Source: an uncultured virus (IMG/VR IMGVR_UViG_3300008108_000029) (taxonomy: Duplodnaviria > Heunggongvirae > Uroviricota > Caudoviricetes). From it: 64,000 nt of DNA. Within the stretch, counting starts at the first letter, position 1. Every line of letters starts with the position of its first letter. The stretch lies in IMG/VR virus record IMGVR_UViG_3300008108_000029; one strand, 5' to 3'. Below are positions 18,517 to 27,615 of the stretch, piece by piece. The notes beneath the pieces are model-generated. The model made no database searches and was not told where the DNA came from. It was given only the letters and a program-made list of their open reading frames with translations. The position numbers were made by a program, and so were the translations under genes.

Positions 18517-19560
18517 ATCTGAATTGATTGTTTCTCCTTCAAAAGTTATTCTTATAAAACTATTATCACCGTTGTTTATTATTTCATAAGTATATTTTTT
18601 ATCTGCTTCACCAATTAGTTTTTCAACAAGAGATATAGGAGCATATCCCCAACGACCTATCTGCCAACAAGATTTTATAAGATTTGTTATTGTTGTTGAA
18701 TAATCAGCAAATATTTTTTTGTAGTCAATCACAACCTCTTGCTGACTTTTTTCGCCTTGCCAATTTTGTTGAGCAGTATCAAATTCTCTAATCTTCGCAG
18801 ATGCTTCTTGTAGCATTTGATAGTGAATATCTTTATTTTCTCTAACAGGTGCTAAACCTGCTACTTGAGAAGGAGATGGTGCAGGTGTTGCTACACTATG
18901 TTGATATGTGCTTACAGGTTCTCTCGGAGCAAATTGAGGAACAAGTGGGTTATTACTTTTTGGAGGTTCTTCAATTTTTTTTGGTGGCGCAGGAGGATTT
19001 ATTTGTTTTAATTTAAGCAAAGCATTTTTCTTTTCTTCTGTTGCCCAATCTTTTAATAGATTTACGGCTAACAAATCTTTTTGCATAATACCACTAATCA
19101 AATGAAATTGGTTTGTATTTGTAACAAACACGCTAAAATCTTGAACTAAAGAATTTATAGCGTCTGTTATTTCTGAAGGAAGATAAGCGACATCTACTGC
19201 GTATTGAATAATTAAATTTTTAGTTTGTGTTTGTAATTCAGAATTTGGGAAAGGTAATACATTCTTTTCTTCTTCTTCACCGTAAACTAAATTTTCTAAA
19301 ATTTCTATTTCTGATAAAGAATTTTCAGGTTCAATATTTTCAGTTTCAGGTTCAATAGAAACTTCTAAAGATTTTTCAGCAGTAATAGTAGATTCACCGA
19401 AAATTTCGTTTACAACTTCAATCGTAATTTTTTTTGCTTCTCCTTTAGGTAGTAATAAATCTACATTTTCAACAGTTTTTTTCTCTCTTGGTTTTCTTGG
19501 TTTCTCTTTTAAAGGAAGATTCTCTGAACCTTCTTCTTTTACTTTTTTTGGTCTGCCCAT
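18499..19560 (-). CDS. Hypothetical protein with N-terminal AT-hook-like motif
   Basis: 353 aa; starts MGRPKK; E-rich and P-rich linkers. Confidence 0.75.
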   Translation of the reverse strand: MGRPKKVKEEGSENLPLKEKPRKPREKKTVENVDLLLPKGEAKKITIEVVNEIFGESTITAEKSLEVSIEPETENIEPENSLSEIEILENLVYGEEEEKNVLPFPNSELQTQTKNLIIQYAVDVAYLPSEITDAINSLVQDFSVFVTNTNQFHLISGIMQKDLLAVNLLKDWATEEKKNALLKLKQINPPAPPKKIEEPPKSNNPLVPQFAPREPVSTYQHSVATPAPSPSQVAGLAPVRENKDIHYQMLQEASAKIREFDTAQQNWQGEKSQQEVVIDYKKIFADYSTTITNLIKSCWQIGRWGYAPISLVEKLIGEADKKYTYEIINNGDNSFIRITFEGETINSDSFPMR

Positions 19561-19649
19561 AGTTTTTGGTTTTAATGTTTGAATATTTTACAAAATAATC
19601 GTAAAATTAAAAAAAAATAAGTATGAATAAAATTTTTTAATTTTGTTTT

Positions 19650-20930
19650 ATGGCTAAAAATATCAAAAACAAAGGTGGAATGTTTATGGGAAAACTCCAT
19701 AGCGAAGGAGGAATACCCAAAGAAGTCGTTGAATCAGGTCAGCAGATTGAAGTTGAAGGTGATGAACCATTGATTGCTGCTGAAGCAATGGATGATAAAG
19801 ATGTTAAAAAAAGATATGGAACTAACGTAGAAATACTTGATAAAATAAATAAAGAGGTTGGTGCAAAAGGAATGAAAGAAAAAGCAACCGAAGTTCACGT
19901 TGGCGATGCAATAGTTTGTAGGCGTTCTGCTTACGATAAAACAAAAAGAACTTATATTGGAACTGATAAACAAATAGTTAGTGCAATTAATCAAAGTGGA
20001 GGGTGTCGTGTAATAGAAAAAGGTGGAAAAGCAATAGAACCTGATGGCAGCGTAACTCAATATCAAAAGGGTGGAGGTCTGCAAGGTCGTTGGGACAAAA
20101 AGAAACAACATATTGAAGAACTTGCTAACAACCTCCAAAGATTAAAATTAAATCTTACCAAATCTCTTAAATCAGAAAACGAAAAGGAATTTTTAACTGC
20201 GCTTGTTATTTCTATAATGATGAAAACAGGGGAAAGAGTTGGAAATGAAGATTCTGCAAGTAATGGTCATCACGGAGTAACGGGATTTAAAAAGAAACAT
20301 ATTAAAGTTGATGGTAGCACAGTTCATCTTGAGTATATTGGTAAATCAGGAGTTGAACACGAAAAATCTTTTACGGATAAAATTTTATCAGCACACATTA
20401 AAAAGGCAATTAAAGATTCGCCAAGTAATTTTATTTTTACCACGTCAGACGGTTTTAGGATAAAAGCAGATAGAGTTAATAGGTATTTAGATGATTTTAA
20501 CGTAACCGCAAAAGACATTCGTGGATTTTCGGCTAATAAGTGGATTACAGAAAAACTACAAAAAGTTGAAATTCCTGAAACTGAAAATGAAAGAAAAAGA
20601 TTGTTTAATAAGATAGCAAAAAATGTATCTAAAAAAATAGGACACGGACTGCCAACTTTAAAAAAGCATTATATGATGCCTGAATTGCGAGAAAAATATA
20701 TTTACGATTCAGAAATTATTGATGTTAAAGAAGCGAGTGTGTTTGCTTCAGGTGGAGAATTAGGAAATGATACGATTGAAAAAAGATTGATGAGAAAGAT
20801 TGTTGATAATCAGATTCGTATAAAAGATTTAGAAGAAATTTTAGGCAGAGAACCTAACTACCCGAATGATTATGTAGGAAACATAAAGTTGCAGAAATCT
20901 TTTTTAAGACCTTATTATAAATTAGCGTAA
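19650..20930 (+). CDS. Polyvalent protein A: N-terminal H.EGG domain, topoisomerase IB catalytic domain, C-terminal module
   Basis: TGERVGN, GKSGV, KDIRGF.AN, IGH...KKHY (R-K-R-H-Y); TAATTTTG at 19638-19645. Confidence 0.8.
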   Translation: MAKNIKNKGGMFMGKLHSEGGIPKEVVESGQQIEVEGDEPLIAAEAMDDKDVKKRYGTNVEILDKINKEVGAKGMKEKATEVHVGDAIVCRRSAYDKTKRTYIGTDKQIVSAINQSGGCRVIEKGGKAIEPDGSVTQYQKGGGLQGRWDKKKQHIEELANNLQRLKLNLTKSLKSENEKEFLTALVISIMMKTGERVGNEDSASNGHHGVTGFKKKHIKVDGSTVHLEYIGKSGVEHEKSFTDKILSAHIKKAIKDSPSNFIFTTSDGFRIKADRVNRYLDDFNVTAKDIRGFSANKWITEKLQKVEIPETENERKRLFNKIAKNVSKKIGHGLPTLKKHYMMPELREKYIYDSEIIDVKEASVFASGGELGNDTIEKRLMRKIVDNQIRIKDLEEILGREPNYPNDYVGNIKLQKSFLRPYYKLA

Positions 20931-23900
20931 TGAAATTATTAGCACCCAACGGAAAGCCGAGCAACTTAACTCCTGAACAATACGCACTTGTTCGCACTCC
21001 TGCTTTTAAAAAATGGTTCGGGGATTGGGAAAGTGCCTATGAAACAGGAAATTATGATAATGTTTCAAAGGTTATTGATGAAGTAACGAAAGAGCCATTA
21101 GTTGTTTATCATGGCACAAAAAATAGATTTGATGTTTTTGATATAAATAAAGGGGGAGAATCTAATACTACGGCTAAAGTTGGATTTTGGTTTTCACCAA
21201 AAAAATCATTTGCTGAAAATTTTGCGGAAGAAGCGTATTGGGGTAAAAATGATTCTTTTGTTTATGAAGTTTTCCTTGCAATAAAAAATCCGAAAATATA
21301 CATTTCTGATAGTTCAACTTGGGGAGATTCATACGAAAAATTAAAAACCGATATATATAAGGTTGCAGGTCAAACAGAATTTGATGCAAACATAGGTGGT
21401 ATAGGAATGGTATTAAAAAATGAAAAAGAAACTATAAATAAATTTAGAAACCAAATAAATGAAAATGGGTATGATGGTATTATAGTTGAAAAAACAAGGT
21501 TTGACCGAAGAATAGCAGGTGGAATTAACGACCAATATATTGCCTTTGAACCTACTCAAATAAAGTTAGCTGATGGTACAAATGTTACTTTTGATGCCAA
21601 CAATCCTGATATTCGGTTTGATGAAGGTGGCGAAGTTCTATTAGCACCCAACGGAAAGCCAAGTAATCTAACTCCCGAACAATACAAACTTGTTCGTACT
21701 CCTGCATTTAAAAAATGGTTTGGAGATTGGGAGAATGACCCCGAAAACGCAAGTAAGGTTGTAGATGAAAATGGTGAGCCATTGGTGGTATGGCATACCT
21801 CCCCTAATAATTTTAATGTTTTTGATGCAAATAAATCAGTAAAAGGTCTTTTTCATTTTGGAACAATACAACAAGCCACCGACCGATTAACATACTTTAT
21901 TGAAAATATTGGTTTTGATATAACCCCATATATCAAATTAACTGATGAACAAGAAGAAGAAATGTTTGAAATCAATATTTATTGGAAATTGGTTAATTAT
22001 ATTTTGTTATTGAATTTTTACGATAAAAATTATGTTGATATTTATTTTGAAGATATTTTTAATTCAAATCAGAAAGAATTTATAGAAAGCATTAAAATAA
22101 ATATAGATAAAAATAAAATAAAATCCGAATTGGAGAAATACAACATAAAACCATATTTCTTAAAAATAAAAAAACTTGGTAAAACGGATGATGTTGGAGA
22201 AAATTGGGAATTAAATAATGTTTTTTTTGATGGGTATATTTACTTGAACACTTACGAAGGGAACAAAAAACAAAACTCTTTTATTGCCTTCAAACCCACC
22301 CAAATCAAACTCGCAGACAGAACAAACACTACCTTTGATTCTAACAATCCTGATATAAGATACGAAGATGGGGGTGGAATTTACGACCAATATACATCAA
22401 AGCAAATTAAAAAAGTATATGTATCAATAAGGATAAAATACGAATACGAAAAAGTAAGTAATAAATTAGAGGATTATGGTAAATATCAAATAAAATCTTA
22501 TGATGAAAAAACATTTCAAGAATTAAAAGACCACAAGTTAAAAGGAATTATAGGTGTTTCTACATCCAAATATAATTTGTCCGAATGGCTTGTTCACCGT
22601 GAGTGTCTTGTTGTTATGCCTTTTGATAAGTTTTTAGAATTGAATGATACAGAGCAAGTTCAATATTATGACGCTGATTATCTAACTAAAAACGGGCTTG
22701 ATGTTTTGCACCGACTTTATGATAGAAAAAGCAGAACAGATGAGGACTATTATTCTGTTTTACAAAATATATTCCCTAAAATATATCAAGAATTTTATTT
22801 AGAGGGAATGGTAAAAAGGGGAACTGAATATACTAATATGTATGTTATATCTGACATTTTTAACATATACAATTCAAGTAAATTTTTGAGTTATATTTCA
22901 AAACAAGAAAGGATTAGTTCTCCGAATGATTTAGCAAAAATGATTATTGATTACGTTAATTCGGGGCAAATTAAAATTGATTACCCTTATAATAGAAGTG
23001 CAGAAAACTTAACATTAGAAAGCATAATTGAACCAATAAAAAATGGAATAGTAAATTCAGGAAAGATATATGTAGATGAAAGCGAATGGTTAATTAAAAA
23101 CAAAGAACTTATCATACCTGAAAACTCACAACTTTTTTTCGTTTTAAAAGATTACGAAAATTCTCGTCAGAGTTATGAGCAAATTATTACAAAATACGAT
23201 TTGCAAAATAGTTACAAAATAGGTTTTATAAACCAAAATGAACTTAATGAATTACAAACAAGTAGAATTGCTATTAAACGTGATTTGTGGAAAGAGCAAT
23301 ATGAAAATTCAAGAAACGAAACTGAAAAAAGAATTTTAAAAACTTTAAAAAGCATACAAAATCAAATAATTGAAAATTGGACTGAACGATTAATTCAGGA
23401 TTTCAAAGAATCTAATTTTGATGAAATATATAAGGACTACGATGGAAATAGTTATAGTGATAACATTCTTGAAGTCCCAAGTGCAATAATTTACTTTGAC
23501 AGTTTGATGTTAAAGTTTATTGATATTTATAACTCAAGAATTGATTATATATTAAAAACTAAAAACAAGTATTCTTTCGCAGATATTTTTAATGATTTTG
23601 TGTATTATATTGATGATTTGATAAACAAAGAAGGTGATGAAGAATTAGAAGTAAAAACTCAATGGCATCATATTTATAAGCAAGGTATTTTACAAAAATT
23701 AAGATATTATTCAAGGAATGTGGACATTGATGAATTAGGACAAATGGTTAAATCTCAAGTTGGTTCTAATTTATACAGATACTTTTCAAAAGATGAAGTT
23801 CGTTTTAAAAAAGGAGGAAAAGTGAGATTATCAAAAACACCTGCACCTAAAAAGGAAAGAATTTATGGCTCAAAAGTAAATAAACCAAAATCTTCTGAAA

Positions 23901-25843
23901 GTAAAAATAAGGCAAGTTCTATTCTTTTAAGTCCAAAAGTTATCAGTTCTATAAATACTATTTTAGAAAAACACAATTCTAAATCAAAAAAGAAAATCCC
24001 ATTGGCAACTGCAAAAGCAGTAGTTCGTAGGGGAATGGGTGCTTATTCTTCAACTCATAGACCAACAATTAGTGGTGGTAAACCTAATAGTCGTGTCGCT
24101 TGGGGATTAGCGAGATTAAATGCCTTTGTTTACAAAATACAAAAAGGATATTCTAAATCAGGTAGATACACTCAAGATGATGATTTGATTAATGAGTTAG
24201 GTTATAAAGTAAAAAAATACGACATAGGTGGTATTTTTCAGGGAACGCCACACGATTTTAATGTGTATTCTACTGAATATGCAGGAACAGGCGAAGGAAA
24301 TCAATCTTTCGGTTGGGGCTTATATTTTACTGACCAAAAGACAATAGCAGAAAGATATGCCTATATTCCAAGTGAAAATACATTTTACATAGATGGCGTA
24401 TCGCTGAAGGATTCAATACAATTCACACAAGAGCAAAAAAACATAATCCTTAATATATGGAGAGATTTATGGCAAATGGGTTATGCTAAAACATCAGATG
24501 ATTACTTGTTTGAAATTATTAATGAAATAGAGCAGAAATCAATTTTATTAGATATTAACGATGAATCGGTATTTGATAAAGAAACTATTTTAGAAATAAA
24601 TCAGGATTCTAAAATATATTACGACTTGTATGAAAAATTAAAAAAATCGCAAATAGAAATAAAATCAAATATAGTTGGTATAACATTATTTAAAGGCAAG
24701 AATCCTTATGAATACAATATTATTGAGTGGGAAAATCCAATAGGAGAATATAATGCAAAAATAATTTATAATATTCTTACGAGTGATTTAAAAAGGATGT
24801 GGGGTTTAAGAGAATCCCCAAATGCTTATGGTCAAGGTTATGGTGATTATCGTGATTTAATGGATTATAATGGGAGGTATTTGTATCAAGCATTATCAAA
24901 TTTATTAGGTGATGATAAAAAAGCAAGTATGTTTTTACTTCGTGCAGGTATTGATGGAATAAAATATAAGTCAGGAAAATTATCAGGTTTTACAGATAAA
25001 GAAGGATACAACTATGTTATATTTAATGCTGATGACGTTACTATTGAGCAAAAAGAAAAATATGAATCAGGCGGAAATATTGAATTTGAATACAAACTAA
25101 ATGAGGTGTATCCAAACATTTTCTTATTGGAAATGTATGACCAATATGATTTAGCAAGTTGCTTTGTAAGGTGTCAAGCATTTTATGAATGGGATAATTT
25201 TAGGGGTAAAGATTTCAAAATTCAGGACTTCCATAATTCATACGCAAAAACTTATCCACAATTAAAACCATACCAAGAGGAATTTTATGGGTTTAATTTA
25301 CCATCAGACGTTATAAGAAATTGTTATCAAGTAAATAAAGAGAGAAACAATTACGATAATTTCTTTTTAGAAGTCATATCAAAAATTAAAAAAGACAATT
25401 ATTATCTAATTGGAGTAGTTGAAGGCGATAATACAACTCTTAACCACGAACTTGCACACGCTTTCTTTTGGGCAGATAAATCATATAGAGATGATATGAC
25501 TAAACTTGTTAATGAAATTCCGAACAAGAATGAGTTATTGAAAATTTTAAAAGAAGAAAGAGGTTATGGAGAAAACGTATTGATAGATGAAGCACAGGCA
25601 TTTTTATCAACAGGGTTAATTGTAAACATAAGTGATTGGCAAAAATATAAAAAACCTTTTGAGGATAGATTTGAAAGACAAAAGAATCATAATTTTGAAG
25701 AAGGTGGCGAACTAACCATAACCTCCGAACAAGTAGAACAAAAATTAGAAAGAAAACTCCATTGGTGGAATGACGATATTGTTTCAATCAATGGAATTGA
25801 ATATAAAAAGGTATTTTTGAAAAATGAATATAAAAAGGTTTAG
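20930..25843 (+). CDS. Polyvalent protein B (1637 aa): two ART-PolyVal-like domains, unknown domains, a third ART-like domain, zincin peptidase
   Basis: FKKWFGDWE..SKV.DE..EPLVV.H x2; GTGEGNQSFGWGLYF; HELAH...DEAQAF. Confidence 0.8.
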   Translation: MKLLAPNGKPSNLTPEQYALVRTPAFKKWFGDWESAYETGNYDNVSKVIDEVTKEPLVVYHGTKNRFDVFDINKGGESNTTAKVGFWFSPKKSFAENFAEEAYWGKNDSFVYEVFLAIKNPKIYISDSSTWGDSYEKLKTDIYKVAGQTEFDANIGGIGMVLKNEKETINKFRNQINENGYDGIIVEKTRFDRRIAGGINDQYIAFEPTQIKLADGTNVTFDANNPDIRFDEGGEVLLAPNGKPSNLTPEQYKLVRTPAFKKWFGDWENDPENASKVVDENGEPLVVWHTSPNNFNVFDANKSVKGLFHFGTIQQATDRLTYFIENIGFDITPYIKLTDEQEEEMFEINIYWKLVNYILLLNFYDKNYVDIYFEDIFNSNQKEFIESIKINIDKNKIKSELEKYNIKPYFLKIKKLGKTDDVGENWELNNVFFDGYIYLNTYEGNKKQNSFIAFKPTQIKLADRTNTTFDSNNPDIRYEDGGGIYDQYTSKQIKKVYVSIRIKYEYEKVSNKLEDYGKYQIKSYDEKTFQELKDHKLKGIIGVSTSKYNLSEWLVHRECLVVMPFDKFLELNDTEQVQYYDADYLTKNGLDVLHRLYDRKSRTDEDYYSVLQNIFPKIYQEFYLEGMVKRGTEYTNMYVISDIFNIYNSSKFLSYISKQERISSPNDLAKMIIDYVNSGQIKIDYPYNRSAENLTLESIIEPIKNGIVNSGKIYVDESEWLIKNKELIIPENSQLFFVLKDYENSRQSYEQIITKYDLQNSYKIGFINQNELNELQTSRIAIKRDLWKEQYENSRNETEKRILKTLKSIQNQIIENWTERLIQDFKESNFDEIYKDYDGNSYSDNILEVPSAIIYFDSLMLKFIDIYNSRIDYILKTKNKYSFADIFNDFVYYIDDLINKEGDEELEVKTQWHHIYKQGILQKLRYYSRNVDIDELGQMVKSQVGSNLYRYFSKDEVRFKKGGKVRLSKTPAPKKERIYGSKVNKPKSSESKNKASSILLSPKVISSINTILEKHNSKSKKKIPLATAKAVVRRGMGAYSSTHRPTISGGKPNSRVAWGLARLNAFVYKIQKGYSKSGRYTQDDDLINELGYKVKKYDIGGIFQGTPHDFNVYSTEYAGTGEGNQSFGWGLYFTDQKTIAERYAYIPSENTFYIDGVSLKDSIQFTQEQKNIILNIWRDLWQMGYAKTSDDYLFEIINEIEQKSILLDINDESVFDKETILEINQDSKIYYDLYEKLKKSQIEIKSNIVGITLFKGKNPYEYNIIEWENPIGEYNAKIIYNILTSDLKRMWGLRESPNAYGQGYGDYRDLMDYNGRYLYQALSNLLGDDKKASMFLLRAGIDGIKYKSGKLSGFTDKEGYNYVIFNADDVTIEQKEKYESGGNIEFEYKLNEVYPNIFLLEMYDQYDLASCFVRCQAFYEWDNFRGKDFKIQDFHNSYAKTYPQLKPYQEEFYGFNLPSDVIRNCYQVNKERNNYDNFFLEVISKIKKDNYYLIGVVEGDNTTLNHELAHAFFWADKSYRDDMTKLVNEIPNKNELLKILKEERGYGENVLIDEAQAFLSTGLIVNISDWQKYKKPFEDRFERQKNHNFEEGGELTITSEQVEQKLERKLHWWNDDIVSINGIEYKKVFLKNEYKKV

Positions 25844-26025
25844 TTCTTTAATTTGTAAAGAAAGTATTTGTCTTGTTGTTGAATAACTTTGAAAAAATTT
25901 TTTCTATCAAAGTCGTTTAGTTCACTTCTTTTTCTTTTGGCTTCTTCAATAGTGTCAAAAGGAGGGTAGTCAGTAACTATAAACAACCCTTTTACTGTTT
26001 TTATTGCGAATTTTGGCTCAATCAT
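25840..26025 (-). CDS. Small hypothetical protein
   Basis: 61-aa ORF filling the gap between two polyproteins. Confidence 0.5.
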   Translation of the reverse strand: MIEPKFAIKTVKGLFIVTDYPPFDTIEEAKRKRSELNDFDRKNFFKVIQQQDKYFLYKLKN

Positions 26026-26076
26026 AGACCGTAGATTTTCACAAAAATACTATTTATTTTAAATTTGAAAAAAAAT

Positions 26077-27615
26077 ATGAACAAAGGTAAAATGGAAAAT
26101 GGTGGCGAAGTTCTTTTAGCACCCAATGGAAAGCCAAGTAATTTAACGCCCGAACAATACAAGTTAGTTCGCACTCCTGCATTTAAGGCATGGTTTGGGG
26201 ATTGGGAAAATGCCTATGAAACAGGAAATTACGATAATGTTTCAAAGGTTATAGACGAAAAAACCAAAGAACCATTAGTTGTTTATCATGGTTCGCCTTA
26301 CAAATTTAATATTTTTACAACAAAAGAAGAACCACGATTTTTCTTTACCGACAATTTAGCATTGGCTAATCATTTTGCTGATTATTTAGAAGATGATGAA
26401 GGAAATATCATTGATGGAAAAATTTACCAAGTTTTCTTGAACCTAAAAAACCCAAAAATAAATAAAAAGGCAGATTCTAATAGTAACGAAACTATAAATC
26501 AGGCGTATGAAATATATGAAGATTTAGTTGATAAATATGAATATGGCGAAATAGAAGAAAATATTTTATTAGAAAGTTCAGAAGGTGCTATTTTATTTTA
26601 TGAAAATTGGTACTCGGTGGGTGCTACTAATTTAACTAATTATGTTGTGTTTAATTCCAATCAAATAAAACTCGCAGATGGAACGAATACTACTTTTGAT
26701 GCTAATAACCCTGATATAAGATATGCTGATGGAGGAGAATTAAATATGAACAATGAAATAAAAGAAAGATTATTTTGGATTGAATACTTAAACGAACTAA
26801 TTGAAAACGAAAAAAAATACGCAATACAAACATTGTATTTTAGTAAGGCGACAGGCGATGAAATTTATCAGTATATTTCGTTTTTAAGTCCTGATGGAAA
26901 TTATAAAAAACCTTCTGTTATTTCTAAACTAAATAAAACAGCAATAGGCACATTATCACAAGTGAACGATGTTTATAAAAACTTTAGTTTGGATAAACTT
27001 GGGTTCAAGATTATTAAAATTGAAAACGAAAAAATGGAAAAAGGCGGTGGCATAAGCGAACAAAAATACTTCAAGGTTATTAAAAACACTAAACCTATCT
27101 TTGCAGTAAAGATTGCCGAAGGCGAAGAAAACATTTCAGGAATGAGTGAATTAGTTATGGATAGATTAACTGACTACGGATACTTTCTAAATGAAATATC
27201 AAAATCAGATTATGAAAACTTTGATTACAGCAAAATTGATGCTGATGATATTACAGCGTTTTTAGGAATTTTAGATTACTTTAATACTGAAAATTATGAA
27301 GCAAAATTCAATGCTCATAAAATACCAAGCAGAGAAATATTCACTTTGGCTATGGAGGTAAGAAATACATACCCTAAACTATGGTTCAAGAGAGGTAGTG
27401 AGTATGGTAATCAAGCGTTTAAAGATTTGATTAAAGTTATGAAAAGAGGTTATTGGTTAGATACTGAACAAGAACTTTATAAAAAAAGAAAAGAATATAT
27501 TGATGCCCACAAAGAAGATGTTGATTTAGATGATGTAATATCAATGTTAAAATGGATGGGAGAGGTTCGTGGTGGTTATGATTATATGTTAAACGTAATA
27601 CAAAAAAATGCTTAA
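26077..27615 (+). CDS. Polyvalent protein C: ART-PolyVal-like domain plus two unknown domains
   Basis: Same LLAPNGKPSNLT...NNPDIRY cassette; ATG 26077 follows TAAATTTG 26060-26067. Confidence 0.8.
   Translation: MNKGKMENGGEVLLAPNGKPSNLTPEQYKLVRTPAFKAWFGDWENAYETGNYDNVSKVIDEKTKEPLVVYHGSPYKFNIFTTKEEPRFFFTDNLALANHFADYLEDDEGNIIDGKIYQVFLNLKNPKINKKADSNSNETINQAYEIYEDLVDKYEYGEIEENILLESSEGAILFYENWYSVGATNLTNYVVFNSNQIKLADGTNTTFDANNPDIRYADGGELNMNNEIKERLFWIEYLNELIENEKKYAIQTLYFSKATGDEIYQYISFLSPDGNYKKPSVISKLNKTAIGTLSQVNDVYKNFSLDKLGFKIIKIENEKMEKGGGISEQKYFKVIKNTKPIFAVKIAEGEENISGMSELVMDRLTDYGYFLNEISKSDYENFDYSKIDADDITAFLGILDYFNTENYEAKFNAHKIPSREIFTLAMEVRNTYPKLWFKRGSEYGNQAFKDLIKVMKRGYWLDTEQELYKKRKEYIDAHKEDVDLDDVISMLKWMGEVRGGYDYMLNVIQKNA

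Noticed and set aside
20076..20741. Tyrosine integrase
   Set aside because: RVGN, GKSGV.H and KD.R...AN motifs fit topoisomerase IB better; no att or prophage context.
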